Positions 31,181 to 51,713 of a DNA stretch of 64,000 nt are shown here, in pieces. The DNA comes from the human T2T-CHM13v2.0 reference genome, Homo sapiens, in NCBI RefSeq assembly GCF_009914755.1, contig NC_060925.1; one strand, written 5' to 3'. The notes under the pieces are model-generated. The model made no database searches and was not told where the DNA came from. It saw only the letters and a program-made list of their open reading frames with translations. Each line of letters starts with the position of its first letter. Positions within the stretch are counted from its first letter, which is position 1. Position numbers and translations under genes: made by a program.

Positions 31181-31355
31181 CTTCAATGGCTATTCGCCTT
31201 TTAGGCCAGTTTTTATTTTCTCTTGTTAAAATATCTTGTATCCGTACACATATGACATATTCCTCCAAAGCAAAATCCAGTGTGTAGAATTTAAGCAGCT
31301 CTAACCATAACTGTCCCAAGGATACCCGATTTGGTGTTTCCAATGCTAAAGGAGA
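31181..31355 (-). CDS. TUT4: TUT4 coding exon I (175 nt, phase 0/1): first PAP-associated domain
   Basis: ttccag|TCT...GAAG|gtgaga; SPLALETPNRVSLGQLWLELLKFYTLDFALEEYVICVRIQDILTRENKNWPKRRIAIE; matches ORF 31110..31343. Confidence 0.96.
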
Positions 31356-31561
31356 CTGGAAAAGAAAAAATACTTTTCATTTAAGCTTAACAAAACCATA
31401 AAAATCAACAAATTTTCAGTTAGAGAAGACCTTGGAGATCACGTTTTCAAAAACTGAGACATGAAGGAGTAATTTGCCAAAAAGCAGTCAGTTTGAAGCA
31501 AAGCTGGGAACAAAGTCCCAGTTTACTGACTCCTAGGAATTCTGCATTCTTTCCACTGAAC

Positions 31562-31759
31562 CAGTGATTCTCAACCTTGGCTGCACATTAGAATCATGTG
31601 GAGAGCAGTAAAATACACCAATACCTGAATTCCACACCAACCCCACCTTCTACACCCCTCCCAAGATTCTGATAACTGACTAGGCTATCAGCCTAGGCAA
31701 TGGTATTTTTAAAGCTCCCTTAAGTAATTTTCATGTGCAGCCAAAGCTGCAAACCACTG
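31562..31759. mobile_element. MER5B-like hAT DNA transposon
   Basis: TIRs cagtgattctc...aaaccactg; ggctgcacattagaatca. Confidence 0.82.
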
Positions 31760-32274
31760 CATAACTACTACAACTCGTTTTTCCAATAATTAATTTTAAA
31801 ATATAAGTAAATGCCCTGGCTTTCAAAAAAACTAATTCCTTCATTCAGCAAACATTTCTTTAGAACCTCCTATGTCCCTGACATTGTTAGGAATATCATA
31901 AAATAAAGAAAGCTCACACTTATACATAAGGTTTACCATGTACCATTCACTCTTCTAAAAGCGGCACATATATTAACAATTCTAACTATTCCATGAAGTG
32001 GATACTATAGGTCAAGGATTTGACTCAAGACCACCTGGCCACTGGGTCCATGCGGTGAATCCCTATACTATACTGCCACCTAAATAAGGTCCTACTTCAT
32101 AGACTATTAGGAGGGGAGAGACAATTTAACAATTATAGTAAGGGCTACATGCTAAGATGGGCCTCTAATCAGGGGAATCATAACAGAAGAGGTAACACCT
32201 GAATTCCAAAGAATTAGCTAGATGAAACCTGGCTAAAAGTAACCACTAGGCAGCATAAACACAATGAAACAATC

Positions 32275-34330
<2,056 letters not shown>

Positions 34331-34895
34331 TCAGGAAACTACAAATAATTCAATATAGCTAGAGCAATGATTTCAGAAATGTTCAGATTTCTGTAATAAT
34401 GCATCTGTCCATTTAGAAGACTACAAGCTTCTGAAGGACATAATCCATGTACCTTTGGTTCTCTAGCACTCAAGATAATGCCTGGCACATAGCAGGTCCT
34501 TAAAAATGAATGCTGAATGATCAAATAAGCAAAGCTACCCTCTCTTAGAGCACAGGGGCTTTATTTCTCCACCCAATTGGCAACAAAATTCCCATATGCT
34601 GAAGTCTGGTCAGAGCCCAACTCTTAAAGGAAATTTTCCTTGTCTAGATGAAAAATGACAGATTTATCTTGACATGATTCAAACAACACAAGTTTTCCAA
34701 AATAAGGCATAAATTCATTAGAGAATCTTGGTACTGAAAAACTAAACCAGATCAACCCCTCACTTTATAGATGAGGAAAATGAGGCCAAGAGGCTTGCTC
34801 AAGGTCAGTCAATCTACAATTAAAATAGCTTCAATCGAAGAATATCACAAATTCTACAGATAGAAAAGCCAAAAAACAAAAACAAAAAGGCTTAC

Positions 34896-35108
34896 TTTGC
34901 CATGTTTTTCCTTCATGGCATTACTTTGGTTGTCTGTTTCTGTCTTCTTGGTATCATCTTTTGGTTGGTCTGCCTTAGCTTTGTTTTCCTCAGCAATTGA
35001 GTTTTTCTCAGTTGCACTACTTGAATTACATTCCCACTTCACAAACTTCTCTTCTACTATGCCCTTCAGCTGAAAGTCATCCATTCTTTTTGGGTCAAAG
35101 CCTTCAAT
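34896..35108 (-). CDS. TUT4: TUT4 coding exon H (213 nt, phase 0/0)
   Basis: tatag|ATT...AAA|gtaagc; IEGFDPKRMDDFQLKGIVEEKFVKWEC...AMKEKHGK; matches ORF 34854..35084. Confidence 0.95.
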
Positions 35109-35276
35109 CTATATAAAAAGGCATTCCAAATTGGTAGTGGAAAAATTATTTAAAAAAAAAAAAAAAGATGGACAAACAGACAAACCAGAATTCCAGCTTA
35201 AAATGTTTGAGCAGAGTTCTCTGCAAGAGCAAACTATATATATATATGCATATATATGTCACAAATTCATGCTTAC

Positions 35277-35396
35277 CCAACTTCCAAGTAAGCAAGGAAG
35301 AAGAGGGGGTTTTCTCTGTTGTAGAAAAAACATCACCATTAAAGCAAAACAGTAAGAAGGGATTCCACCATCAGTTTGGGAGTCAATATAGCACAA
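35277..35396 (-). CDS. TUT4: TUT4 coding exon G (120 nt, phase 0/0)
   Basis: ttgcag|TTG...TGG|gtaagc; LCYIDSQTDGGIPSYCFALMVMFFLQQRKPPLLPCLLGSW. Confidence 0.96.
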
Positions 35397-35559
35397 CTGC
35401 AAAATGAAGGGGAAAAAAGTACTACCATTTAGCTTTCTTAATTTTCATGATAAAAGTAGCTTGCTTTTTCCTACCCTAATCATTGTAAAAAGTTCAAATG
35501 ACAATGAAAAATATAAGGAATAACTTGAAATATCATCACTCTAAAATAACCATTAAAAT

Positions 35560-39330
<3,771 letters not shown>

Positions 39331-40632
39331 ATACTGGATTGGTTGGATTCATTTTTAAATCATTGTTTTCTTCTGTAGACAATGAAGATTTAGGATAATA
39401 ATAATAATATAGAGTAATTATACCGTAGCATAATATCTTGGTACATTTAAGATTGCAACTCAAAATAAAAGACAACTAAAAACACTTGTCAAAAAAGAAT
39501 TTGAAACATTCCACTAGAATAAACTCTCACTTATCCAAAATATTAAGACAAGGGTAAACTGCCTAATGAATAAGTCAACTTAACCAAAAATTCCTTTGCA
39601 ACTATAAAGAACTGTCAATATATTCTGCTAACATTACCAGACATCTCACAGATAAACAAGATTAAAGCAGTTTAAGAGAGAGCTCTTAAAACCCAGATAT
39701 CTCTTTCAGATGACAAATAGTGCTAAAATGCAATTCTTACATTAACCACGACAAGTGGCTCTAAGTCAGGTAACTTGACTAATAATGTACTGATGATAAG
39801 GCTAAAGAGTTCTGCCACCTAGAGTTAAGAAGCTTTATCTAGAAAACTATTTCCCATTACTAAAATGCAAAGACTATAACTACTTAAGACAGCCAGAGAA
39901 TAATCAACTGCAATCTCATATCACAGTTATAAGAGTAAATTATATACTAGAATTGTCCTGAACCCCCAAATCATGGAAAAATGCGTGCTTAACTAGATAA
40001 TGTACAATATGGCTTAAAACTTCAAGAAAAACAAAGCTATTTTAAAAAAATCTTTTAGAAGAAAAATAAACTAGGAATTATTTCTAAGTTTCTTAAGAAA
40101 ATGAATACCATGAAAAAACTTTCTTTGCAACTAACACAAATGACAAAAACGAGACATGTTATTCTGTTGGAAACAGAAAGAAACCATTCTACAACCAGTT
40201 TTGTAATATATGTTTCAGTGTCCATTGACTGGCATATTTAGAATCTACATGGATCAACTACTAAAACACCATGAGCAACCTTTTCCAAGAGTCACTTTAG
40301 GAAACAATATTTATGGGCCATATTTTTTTCCAAAATAAAAAGAATGTATCTGAGTATCATTTATAATCTTCTAACACAGACTACTTATTTTACTGAGTAG
40401 AACAATGTCTGGGAGAAAACTGACATGACTTTATGACCACAAAAAAAATTAGGGCATAATTTAAAAGTACCAACAAAGAAGCAACTGTGTATTCCATCAT
40501 CCTTTATATTTCTGTAGTATTTTCGAGCCTGAAGTATATTCTCATGAATTATCTAATAGCATTACCAAAATATTCTCTCCAGGTGAAAAAAATTGAAGCT
40601 CAGATAGGTGAAGTACCTTGCTTGAAGACTTA

Positions 40633-40930
<298 letters not shown>

Positions 40931-41094
40931 ACTTAGTAAAAAAAACCATACCTGGAATTGGTTTACTCCATTCCATACACTGATTTCCTATAGTATGCTA
41001 GGCATAGAGTATAAGATAAATGAGAGGAAGTAGTCACCCTCCCTCAACCTATTTTACTGCCTCCACTCTCTTCCATGGGTTAAAAATCTTTCTG

Positions 41095-41236
41095 GCCCAG
41101 GCACAGTGCCTCACACCCATAATTCCAGCACCTGGGAGGGCAAGGTGGGAGGACTGCTTGAGCCCAGAAGTTCAAGGCCAGCATGGGCAACATCATGAGA
41201 CCCCATCTCTACTTAAACAAACAAACAAAAAAAAAC
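41095..41236 (+). mobile_element. FLAM/Alu left monomer
   Basis: Monomer with A-rich tail. Confidence 0.8.
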
Positions 41237-42381
41237 ACAACTCCTTTCTGAAGAAACTAGGTCATTTATTCAACAAATATTTACTGAGTGCCTACTATGT
41301 GCTGACACAGTAAAATAAGCGGAAGTGGGGATCAGCCGTGAATACATAAAACATTAAAATCCCTGCCCTCAAAGAGTTTACAATTTCACAGTACAGACTG
41401 CAACAAATTTATGTATGGCAGCTGGTAATCAATGTGAGCATAAACCTGAAAAAAGTAAGAGTGAAGCATTCTAAATACCTAAGGTAAGAACATTCTAGAT
41501 GAAGGAAACAGCAAATACAAAGGCCTTGAGTATAAAGAAGCCCCAACCTTAGGCTTTCTGACTGTTTCGTACTCAGCCAGCTGGTGCTGCTCCAAGCATG
41601 GGGGCAATTCTCTAAACAGAGCCCAGACAAAAAATTCCAGAGACTTCTCTATTTTTGCTATGAAGTTACCACTCTAACACCATCCCCTTAACCAGTTTTC
41701 TTTGTATATGACTGAGAATTTACTCACCAGTCTAACAAGTGATGAATACTCTACCGATAGGGCAGGAATACACAAACAAAAGGCTAAAATCTCTCTCTCT
41801 AGTCATTTGGACTGATATTGATAATTAACTACTACTCCCTATCCCCACATCAAAGAAATAAACACAGGGCAACCACAGCCTTTAGACATACAAATTAAGA
41901 CTAATTTAGGAAACTTAAATAACTAATGCTCAGCAGTTGCCCAATCAGAAATTGGTACATGTTATCAATGATTTAGAGGAAAGAGAATAGCATTCTTAGA
42001 GACTGGGGAAAAAAATATGCCAACAAAAGAATCTTAATGTATATACATCTTAAAACCTTACAAGTTTAACTTACAGTAAGAGTGAAAACTTGAGCCTCAT
42101 ATGCTGATATGAAAGAGAACATTTCTATAGTACATAAAAGGAGAATATAGCATGACAATTAAAAATTCTAAAATATATCCATAAGTGTGTCTACAAAAAT
42201 TTATTTTTATGTCCATAAATTACAACCTGCCACACCAACTTTCTGTCTAGCACAGAAAACTACTTTCTCCCACATGTTATGATTGATGTTACATGTCAGT
42301 ACAAGAAAAGGCCTAATTTTGAAGATTAAATACATTTCCTTCTAAAAATATAAATAAGTAGTTTTCCTCTCTTTCACTTAC

Positions 42382-42508
42382 CTTAGCCCAGTAGCGAAAG
42401 GCTAACACCAAGGGAATAAAGACAGGTTCTATTTTGCCAAGGGCAGTAAGTAAATCAGTAGTGAGACATGCCATATCGTTTCCTGCACTCACTCTACAAA
42501 GTAAACCA
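42382..42508 (-). CDS. TUT4: TUT4 coding exon F (127 nt, phase 2/0)
   Basis: tcacag|TG...AAG|gtaagt; (S)GLLCRVSAGNDMACLTTDLLTALGKIEPVFIPLVLAFRYWAK. Confidence 0.96.
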
Positions 42509-43587
42509 CTGTGAATGAGAAAGAAACAAATTTCATTGTATTAATACCCTTAAAAGCAGAATACTTCAAATCCTGTGGCTATTTTCTTTCTAGTTATCAT
42601 ATTGTAACATAGTACCGTAAAAGCCCTAATAAAAACAAATGTTTTAATAAATTTAGAGCTAACTGAAAACTACATGTCATTCCATAACTAGAGTTCCATA
42701 CGAATTAAAGAAAGATGTTTTTAACATTCATTTGTACTTCAGAAATAAATTTCAACCAAACTTAGTATTTAAGTTAATGAGAAATTAATTTCAAAAGCAG
42801 CATTATGAATTATCAAAACTGATATACATGAGAGACAGGGCACTGATCTCTTCAATGTCAAATAGTGCAAGGTAATTTCCTAGTTCAATCCTCTTGCTTT
42901 CTACATGATAATAGCAAAAAATGAATACTTAACTGACTGGCTATACTTCTTGACTCTAATTTTTCCTATCCAAGCTTTCACAATTGTACTAATATGTTAT
43001 TTTCAGAGTAAAGATTAGACAGGATTTGCAGATTAACCCACAAATTATACTTCTGTGTAAGTGAAAATAGCAGCAACCTTAAATGGGATGACAGAAGTGT
43101 AGTGAAGATATTTTGAAAGCAGGGAGAAGAATAAATCTGAGGTGTCACACACAGGCAATTTAACACAATGTGGCAGAAAAAACACTAAAGGTCACTTTGC
43201 CTCCATTTTCCAATTATAGTTTCCCCCTCAATGATGTGAATCTAGACAAACTGATAAACCACTCCAGGTCCCATTTTTCTAGTTTAGAAAATAAATCTGA
43301 ACTAGATCGCCATAGACTCATCTAGCTTTGAATAAGAAAATACCTTGATCTTAAAATATAATACAAGTTAATAATCAATAAAAGAATATCATTTCTGTAT
43401 TGTTTCCATGTCTCCCACACTACTTTCAAATAGGATTTAGTTTCTGCTTTCAAAGGCACTTTGATCTCTTAGACTTATAGACATCTAACTAGAAAGGCAA
43501 GATCAGTCTTCAATTTAGGACTGATCTTGAGTTTATTCAATTTAAATCAACTCATTCAATGTAAGTGAAATAAAAACTAAACTCTAA

Positions 43588-43915
<328 letters not shown>

Positions 43916-44204
43916 TAGTACCTGCATATAAGTAAATGCAATACTCTTGGGTGAGTGAATGACTTGAAAAAAAAAAAATTGAAGTTTTGCCTAGAGTATT
44001 TTATTTTCAACTGTCTGATGTTCTATATATTTCTTGTTCACATGCATTTGGTAAGCTTGCTATTTTTAATGAATAGAAACTAGCTTAGTCATATTCATCC
44101 AAGGAGAAATCTAAAACAAAAACTTTTTCTCTTAAAGATCATTCACTACAAATTTGGTTGTTGGGGTTTGTTTTTTTAAATATTTTATCTTCATTGTTAC
44201 CAAC

Positions 44205-44274
44205 CTTTTTCGATCTCTGCACACCACAACAGGAACTTTAGCGTGAAAATCAGATTCCACATCTACATATAATA
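44205..44274 (-). CDS. TUT4: TUT4 coding exon E (70 nt, phase 1/2)
   Basis: attag|TA...AAAG|gttggt; (V)LYVDVESDFHAKVPVVVCRDRK(S), AKVPvV NTase strand; overlaps ORF 44132..44470. Confidence 0.93.
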
Positions 44275-44880
44275 CTAATAAGGAAAAAAAAAAGTAAGCT
44301 AATGTCAACATCTCTAAAATACGTACTCTACAGTAAACATTAAGTAACAGTTTCCTTCTGAAAATTATTCTCATTGCTTCTGTGGGATAATCCACTCTTC
44401 TCATTATGAGCACCAACCCAGCGAAATCTCTTACCTCTCCTGGTGTCATTTGCTGTATATCACAAACCACAGGTACAGCCCCAAATACTGTCCAAAAATT
44501 ATAATCACCTTAAGAAAGGTCTTAACATCCCTAAAAGTTTTAATATTTCCAAGTAAGTAGATAATCTAGTCAAAGTTGTTAAACCTTCATAGATAACAGC
44601 AAAGAGAGGACACCCCTTACTCCTGAGAGCTAGTTCCACAGGAGCCATGAAAGGAGGACCTATCATGCTTTGACAGTTTAGTTCTTTTAAATTACCAATG
44701 TAATTACAACCTAACTCTTCAGGCCACATTTCCCGTTAGTATATGAAGAGTTTGCCTAATCAAAGCTGCTAAGGAAGGACTAACCGGATGAAGCACATTT
44801 CTACCCTGAAATCTTTCTCTGTATCTCCAAGGGTAAGCCCCATGCCATAAATGTCTAATCTAAATAAAAACAGATAGATT

Positions 44881-45195
44881 GGCCGGGCATGGTGGCTCAC
44901 ACCTGTAATCCCAGCACTTTGGGAGGCCGAGGTGGGTGGATCACGAGGTCAGGAGTTCAAGACCAGCCTGGCCAAGATGGTGAAACCTCGTCTCTACTAA
45001 AAATACAAAAATTATCCGGGCATGGTGGCACGCGCCTGTAATCCCAGCTACTCGGGAGGCTGAGGCAGAGAACTGCTTGAACCCAGGAGGCAGAGGTTGA
45101 AGTGAGCCGAGATCGTGCCACTACATTCCCACTTCAGCCTGAGCGAGACTCCATCTCAAAATAAACAAAACAAAAATAACAACAACAAAAAAAAA
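44881..45195 (+). mobile_element. Alu (AluSg-like)
   Basis: Full dimer; TSD cagatagatt. Confidence 0.93.
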
Positions 45196-46495
45196 CCAGA
45201 TAGATTAACATCACTTGTAATTCAAAGAAAATTTCTCAATAGTACTTGTTGTAATTATTAATTTAGTCAAAAAACACGTGCTGAAGACCTATATGTCAGA
45301 AACTGCATTAAGCAGGGTCAATATGACAATGAGTAAAACACAAAAAAGGTCAATAAGGGGTTTGGGACACAAATATATAAACATATAAATCCTGTAGGTG
45401 ACCTGTAGAAGATACAGTAAGAACATAAAGGAAGAAATAATCAATTTTACAATCAGACTGAGTTTTATAAGCCTACATTGTATGACTTAAGATAATCTAC
45501 TTATATATCTTGGATGGAAAAGGCATATATTAAATATTTGTGCTAGGATGATACTACCTAGGAAGTCTGAAGAGGTAAATGCTATGTCTACCTCTTATCT
45601 GTAGTAAACTTAAAAGTTTTTCGGCAATTAGAAACAAGTATTGAAGAAAGAAAACTGTATTAAAATACCTTTATATGATACACTGTACCAAACTCATTCC
45701 TAGAAAACTATTTTCCCAAGACAATGGCCAACAGGAAACTGATAAGAGCTGATTGTGTGGACAGAAAGAAAAAAGAAATTTAGAATTCATATTAAAGCCA
45801 ATGAGAGAGTATGGCTTTAAAAAAAAGCTCTCTCTTCTAACCCAAATTGCAAATACTTTTGATTCATATAATTTAGGGTAATAATAACAATCACAACAGC
45901 AAAAACGTAATAAGAAGTTATTGTATATCCCACACTTTTCTAAACTATAGTTTAGCCTATCTCATTCTTACAACAACTTTCTCATCAAAAAGATACAATG
46001 TAATATTACCATTTTACAGATGGGAAAGCTAAGGTATTAACACAAATAATTTGTCAAAGGACACACAACCAGTAAGTGGCAGAACTAAAATCTGAGCCCA
46101 GAAAGTCTAGCTCCAGCTCCCAAGCTTAATCTTAAGCATTCACTTTGTAACAAGAAAAACAGTAAGTAAAAACCAAGCAAATCTTGAAGATTGTAACACA
46201 TGACCTGGAGCCTGGTTTGAGAATCTTGTAATTTTTAAATTTTTCTTACCTATATGAATGATGTGTTTACAAAGGCAATCCAGACAGAAAAAGCACACAT
46301 GAAAAACTCAACTAGGTATGATTCAACTGATGTAATATAAATGATTAAATTAATATAGATGCTTTAGGTGGGAAAAAACATATTTACTCAATGCATGCAT
46401 ACATTTTTATTCCAAGTCTCTCCTTAATCTTCTTTCAGTAATGACCTCATAATGATTATAGGTTTTGTCTTCTTTTACATAAGAAATGCCCATAA

Positions 46496-46855
<360 letters not shown>

Positions 46856-47083
46856 TACATATCAATTTTAATATGGCATTTTTTTTTTTACCTAAGTTAC
46901 AGTTAAATTATATTTTCTAGTATATCTATAAACAAGTGTGTGTATGTATCTCCATTTGTAATGCAATGACTCAACTATGCCAGCAGTTTAGTTTTAACTT
47001 GGTTAGCCATATATAAACAACACATGTACCTTTAGAAAGACAAATTAAAAAAAAAAAAGAAAAGAAAAAGAAAAGAAACTCAC

Positions 47084-47135
47084 CATTTTTCTTTAAAATC
47101 CCAAGTACTTTTATCAGAAGATCTGGATGATTCAT
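47084..47135 (-). CDS. TUT4: TUT4 coding exon D (52 nt, phase 0/1)
   Basis: ttttag|ATG...AATG|gtgagt; MNHPDLLIKVLGILKKN. Confidence 0.94.
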
Positions 47136-47274
47136 CTAAAAAAGTTTCAAAAATAAATCGATATACTAATTTCAAAGTTCGGACAGCAGAACATTAAGGA
47201 AAACTCAATTTCATTAAAGAATAACATTTAAATATAATCATGCTTTGTGTTTTAAATAGTGAAAACAGAATCGT

Positions 47275-47621
<347 letters not shown>

Positions 47622-47882
47622 TAATAAATGATATAGCACTTTTATTCCAGAAACACTCTTAGAATTAATGGTTTCTTAAAGCAAGAAAAGGTTCTGGAAT
47701 TTCCCATCAAAACAAAAGAGAAATGAGTTGACCAGATGACTGTGAAAAACAAATTGTTGAGATAAAAACTTTAAGGGATATAGACAACTGGAAGCTTAGT
47801 CAAAAGGCTTAGAATAAAATACTATTTTATGTAACAAGCTTGTCAAATGTTTAAAGTGTTTTTTGCTATTTAAGAATATTTA

Positions 47883-48180
47883 GGCCAGGTGCGGTGGCTC
47901 ACACCTGTAATCCCAGCACATTGGGAGGCCGAGGCAGGCGGATCACCTGAGGTCAGGAGTTCAACACCAGCCTGACCAACAAGGTGAAACCCCGTTTCTA
48001 CTAAAAATACAAAAATTAGCCAGGCATGGTGGCACACACCTGTAATCCCAGCTACTCAGGAGGCTGAGACAGGAGAATCGCTTGAACCCAGGAGGTGGAG
48101 GGTGCAGTCAGCCGAGACTGCATCACTGCACTCCAGCCTGGGAAACAAAGTGAGGTTATGTCTCAAAAACAAACAACAAA
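47883..48180 (+). mobile_element. Alu (AluS)
   Basis: Full dimer; TSD aatattta. Confidence 0.93.
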
Positions 48181-48899
48181 AATATTTAATAACCATACAT
48201 TAATTATAAAGTAAATGTATCACCCTACAAACACCAAATTTTCACCCAAATCAAACCTCCCTGAACATAAACATATTATTCAATTTAAAACATAAAATAT
48301 TGACTTATTTTAAAAGATTGATATGTCAATAAAGAATGTCAGCAGTGCTAAACAATATTGTTCTAATACTGATAACAATATTAGAACAATATCAATATTG
48401 TTCTAATGATTCTAGGTACTACTTATTAAAAGTACCCATATGTACCAGATACTATATTAAGACACCTGACATATATTAATATTATCTCATTTAATATAAA
48501 AATTATTATTCCTGTTTTGGAAATGAGAAAACTGAAGCTCAAAAAGTTCAAGCAACTTGCTTATCACAGATAAGATCTGAATCTAGGTATCTGATTTCAA
48601 AACTCTTCCCACCTTCTATACTGCTTACCAGAAGTATTAACTATTCAACATGTTCAAATATAAACATTTTTCCTTTTTCCAGCTTTCCTCTTCTGCTTCC
48701 TTTTGCCCTTGTCCCTTATTTCTTTTATCCTGCCTTTGTCTGAAATCTAATAGTAATTTCCAAAAGCACTGTTTAGTCACGATGGTAACACTATACAAAC
48801 CAGAGTTTTATATTTCCCTATCCTTTCTCTACAAAGATAATCCATAAAAATTACTAAGTACTAGTTAAGAACCACACAGGAAAGATTCTAATTACTTAC

Positions 48900-48988
48900 C
48901 TTGGGAGGAAATTTTATATCTATATTAACATCACTACTTTTCAGAGCAAATCTAGTCAGAGATGAGCCATACAACCTAAGTGAACATT
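48900..48988 (-). CDS. TUT4: TUT4 coding exon C (89 nt, phase 1/0): degenerate NTase signature
   Basis: tccag|AA...AAG|gtaagt; (E)CSLRLYGSSLTRFALKSSDVNIDIKFPPK, GS motif with DxN instead of DxD. Confidence 0.96.
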
Positions 48989-50478
48989 CTGGAATAAAGG
49001 AAAAACATCAAAGCATGAAATAGCATGCAAATATGAGAGATGTAAAAAAACAGCGACGGGAAAATTTCACACACTTCAGTTCTACGTCTTCCATTTCTAG
49101 TAAGACAATTATACAAGAAGAACACCCTTTCTAACTGATCTATAGAATAAAAAAATGGTTCCCAGTTATGGAGTGTAGGAACAGAGAAGGGAGAGAGAAA
49201 CTACTCACAGAAGCTTACTGTTTAAACAAAATTTTAGTAATAGTTCATTTAGAAATGACTGACAATATGTTTAGCATTCAATATATAACAGTAACTAATG
49301 TACCAACTTAGCTATGGCTACTGTCACAAACTACATTTATTTACTCTTAAATATTTATGTAAGAGCACTTTGGGGAAAGGATCATAAACATTCAATGCCA
49401 ATGCTTTTATAAAATACGAAGTGAAGCCAAGTCAGTTAATTCTGTAAACCTAAAACCCAAAACACTGTGGTTCTCAAGAGTTTATAGAAAAAAAAGAAAA
49501 GCAGTAACACACTACTTACAGCTTTCCCAGACTATGAAACATGTTATTCCAAAAATCATAATAAGGCAAATGTTAAAAGGATCTCACCAGAGGCCAATTT
49601 GAAAATAATATGATTGGGACAGATCAAGAAGATTTAGTTTCTTAGAAAGTTTAACTTCATCCTCAGTTGTATATATAAAAGTCTACTTTTCAAGTTCATA
49701 AAATGTCTGAAAGTCATTCAAGTCACTAAACCCATAAAAATTCATTCCTTTTCTTATCATAGTAAATAATTTTTACATGTAACTTAAACAAGGATTCAAT
49801 GTATTTTAGGTAGAAAGCCATATTATGATATAAATACTTTAAAAATTCCATTTTTAAATTTCAATTTTATATTCTTTCTTATAAATCTCAAAATGGATCT
49901 ATATGAAAGTATAATTTATCAACTTTCCAAAATCCCTTTGGTGGGAAGAAATAAGTCTTACGTCAGATACATTTACTTTAACCCTATACTGATGCAAAAA
50001 AGATATGGGCTAAGCAAATAGTCCATATATAAATATCTAAAATAAATCTGACACTCCCTTGTACCAAACAATAAGCTTTTTCTAAAGGCCCTATTAAAGT
50101 AAATTAATTTTTCCCCACCATCAGGCAACAGAAATTTAGTTCAGTGACTGGATGAAATGTTTATACTGAAAATAATATAACAAAATAGTCCACTCAGAAA
50201 TCAGTGATATTGAAAAACTAAAATATTTGACCGCCAAGAAATAGTTCTACATCTGGCATTTTTAAAATCTTTTTTTCTTAGTACAAAAGTGTGCTGTGCC
50301 ATAATTCTCAATTTCCTTGTGTGAAATATTTCCCTCAAAAATTCATTCATAAAACAATAAATTTTATCTACTTTTAAGGAGAAAAGGGAAGAAAAACATT
50401 AAGAAATGTACTCTAGTTCAAGAGGAGCAAGGGAAGAGTTTTGTGATTTTCAAAATCAAATATGAAATGTATTTCTAC

Positions 50479-50656
50479 CTGGTAAAAATGTCGTTATAAC
50501 CTTTGACATTTCCTCCACAATTTCCTGACGGACTCTGAGGTCATCATCTGTTATTCCATGTTCTTTTGCTAATTCAATGACTGCAACACTTAAAGCAGCC
50601 AAGTGGGCAGGGGAAGGAGGTGGCAGAGAACGAAGCTCACTTTCTTCTTGTTTTTC
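50479..50656 (-). CDS. TUT4: TUT4 coding exon B (178 nt, phase 0/1)
   Basis: aatag|GAA...CCAG|gtagaa; EKQEESELRSLPPPSPAHLAALSVAVIELAKEHGITDDDLRVRQEIVEEMSKVITTFLP. Confidence 0.95.
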
Positions 50657-51713
50657 CTATTAATGTAATGATTCACAACAATAAAAACAAAAAAAGTTTC
50701 TATTTTAATTGTTCTTATATTTAGCAGGGAAAGACAGAAATAAACTAACTCAACAAAAATATTCACCTTCCATCTACCAGATACCTACAATACGGAAGTG
50801 AACAAAAGACTTCTGCCTTTGGGAAGCAGGGTTTTGAGAATGAGAGGTACTGTGTGGGGAGGGGATGCTACTAAGTTTTTAAAAATTTGTTCCACTGTAC
50901 TGTCTGCATAAATTCTGAAATGCTACATTAAAGCCAAGGTACCTTAAGTACAATACTAACTTGACGATTTTGTTGCACCAAGGCAGATTGTCTTAGATGT
51001 AGCAGAAAAGTCTTGAATCCTATCTAATCAGCATATACAGTATCAAGTTAAATGGTCACAGGAAAACTTCCTGCCTACTATTTACCAGTGATTTCTCTTT
51101 GTGATTTTATCCAACGCTATGCGAAATGTTCAAAAAACCTCTATTCTGCTAAAAGTTTTAAAGCCAATTTAAATCTAGGAGCTAAAAAGACACTTTGCTA
51201 TATATATGCAATGACTTTTATTAATTATTTTCTGATTTAAAAAATGTTAATTACAAAAGCTACATAAAACACAGGAAAATACAAAGAAGAAAATAACCCA
51301 CAATTTCATATCCTACTATCTCCTTCATTCTTTAACACAACTGAGCCACAATCATTCTCTTTTATTTAGTATTATTAACACATCCCCTCCCCACACAGGC
51401 ATTTTCTATTAACATTTTTCACTCAAGAAACCATCTCTTATCTTTTGAAACATGACGCTCCCATCAGATATAATAGCCAAAGCTAGTTGGTTTCCCTACC
51501 CAATCAAATATACTTAAAGACTTTGGTCCATTTCTATTTTCACTAACTGTTACCATATTCAGACTTAACCTAAGTAAAGCTTACCTCAGGTAAGGAATTA
51601 TCAAACATGAGGGGTAAGTCAAACTCATTTTTCTAAGTCTCTGTGATCATTTCTGCAATTCTTAATTATAATCTAAGTATCTAAGTCTTACATAAGCATC
51701 TAAGTTTCAGTAC

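Noticed and set aside
46243-46255. Donor-like TAG|gtaaga on the minus strand
   Set aside because: No convincing acceptor with a pyrimidine tract within exon distance.
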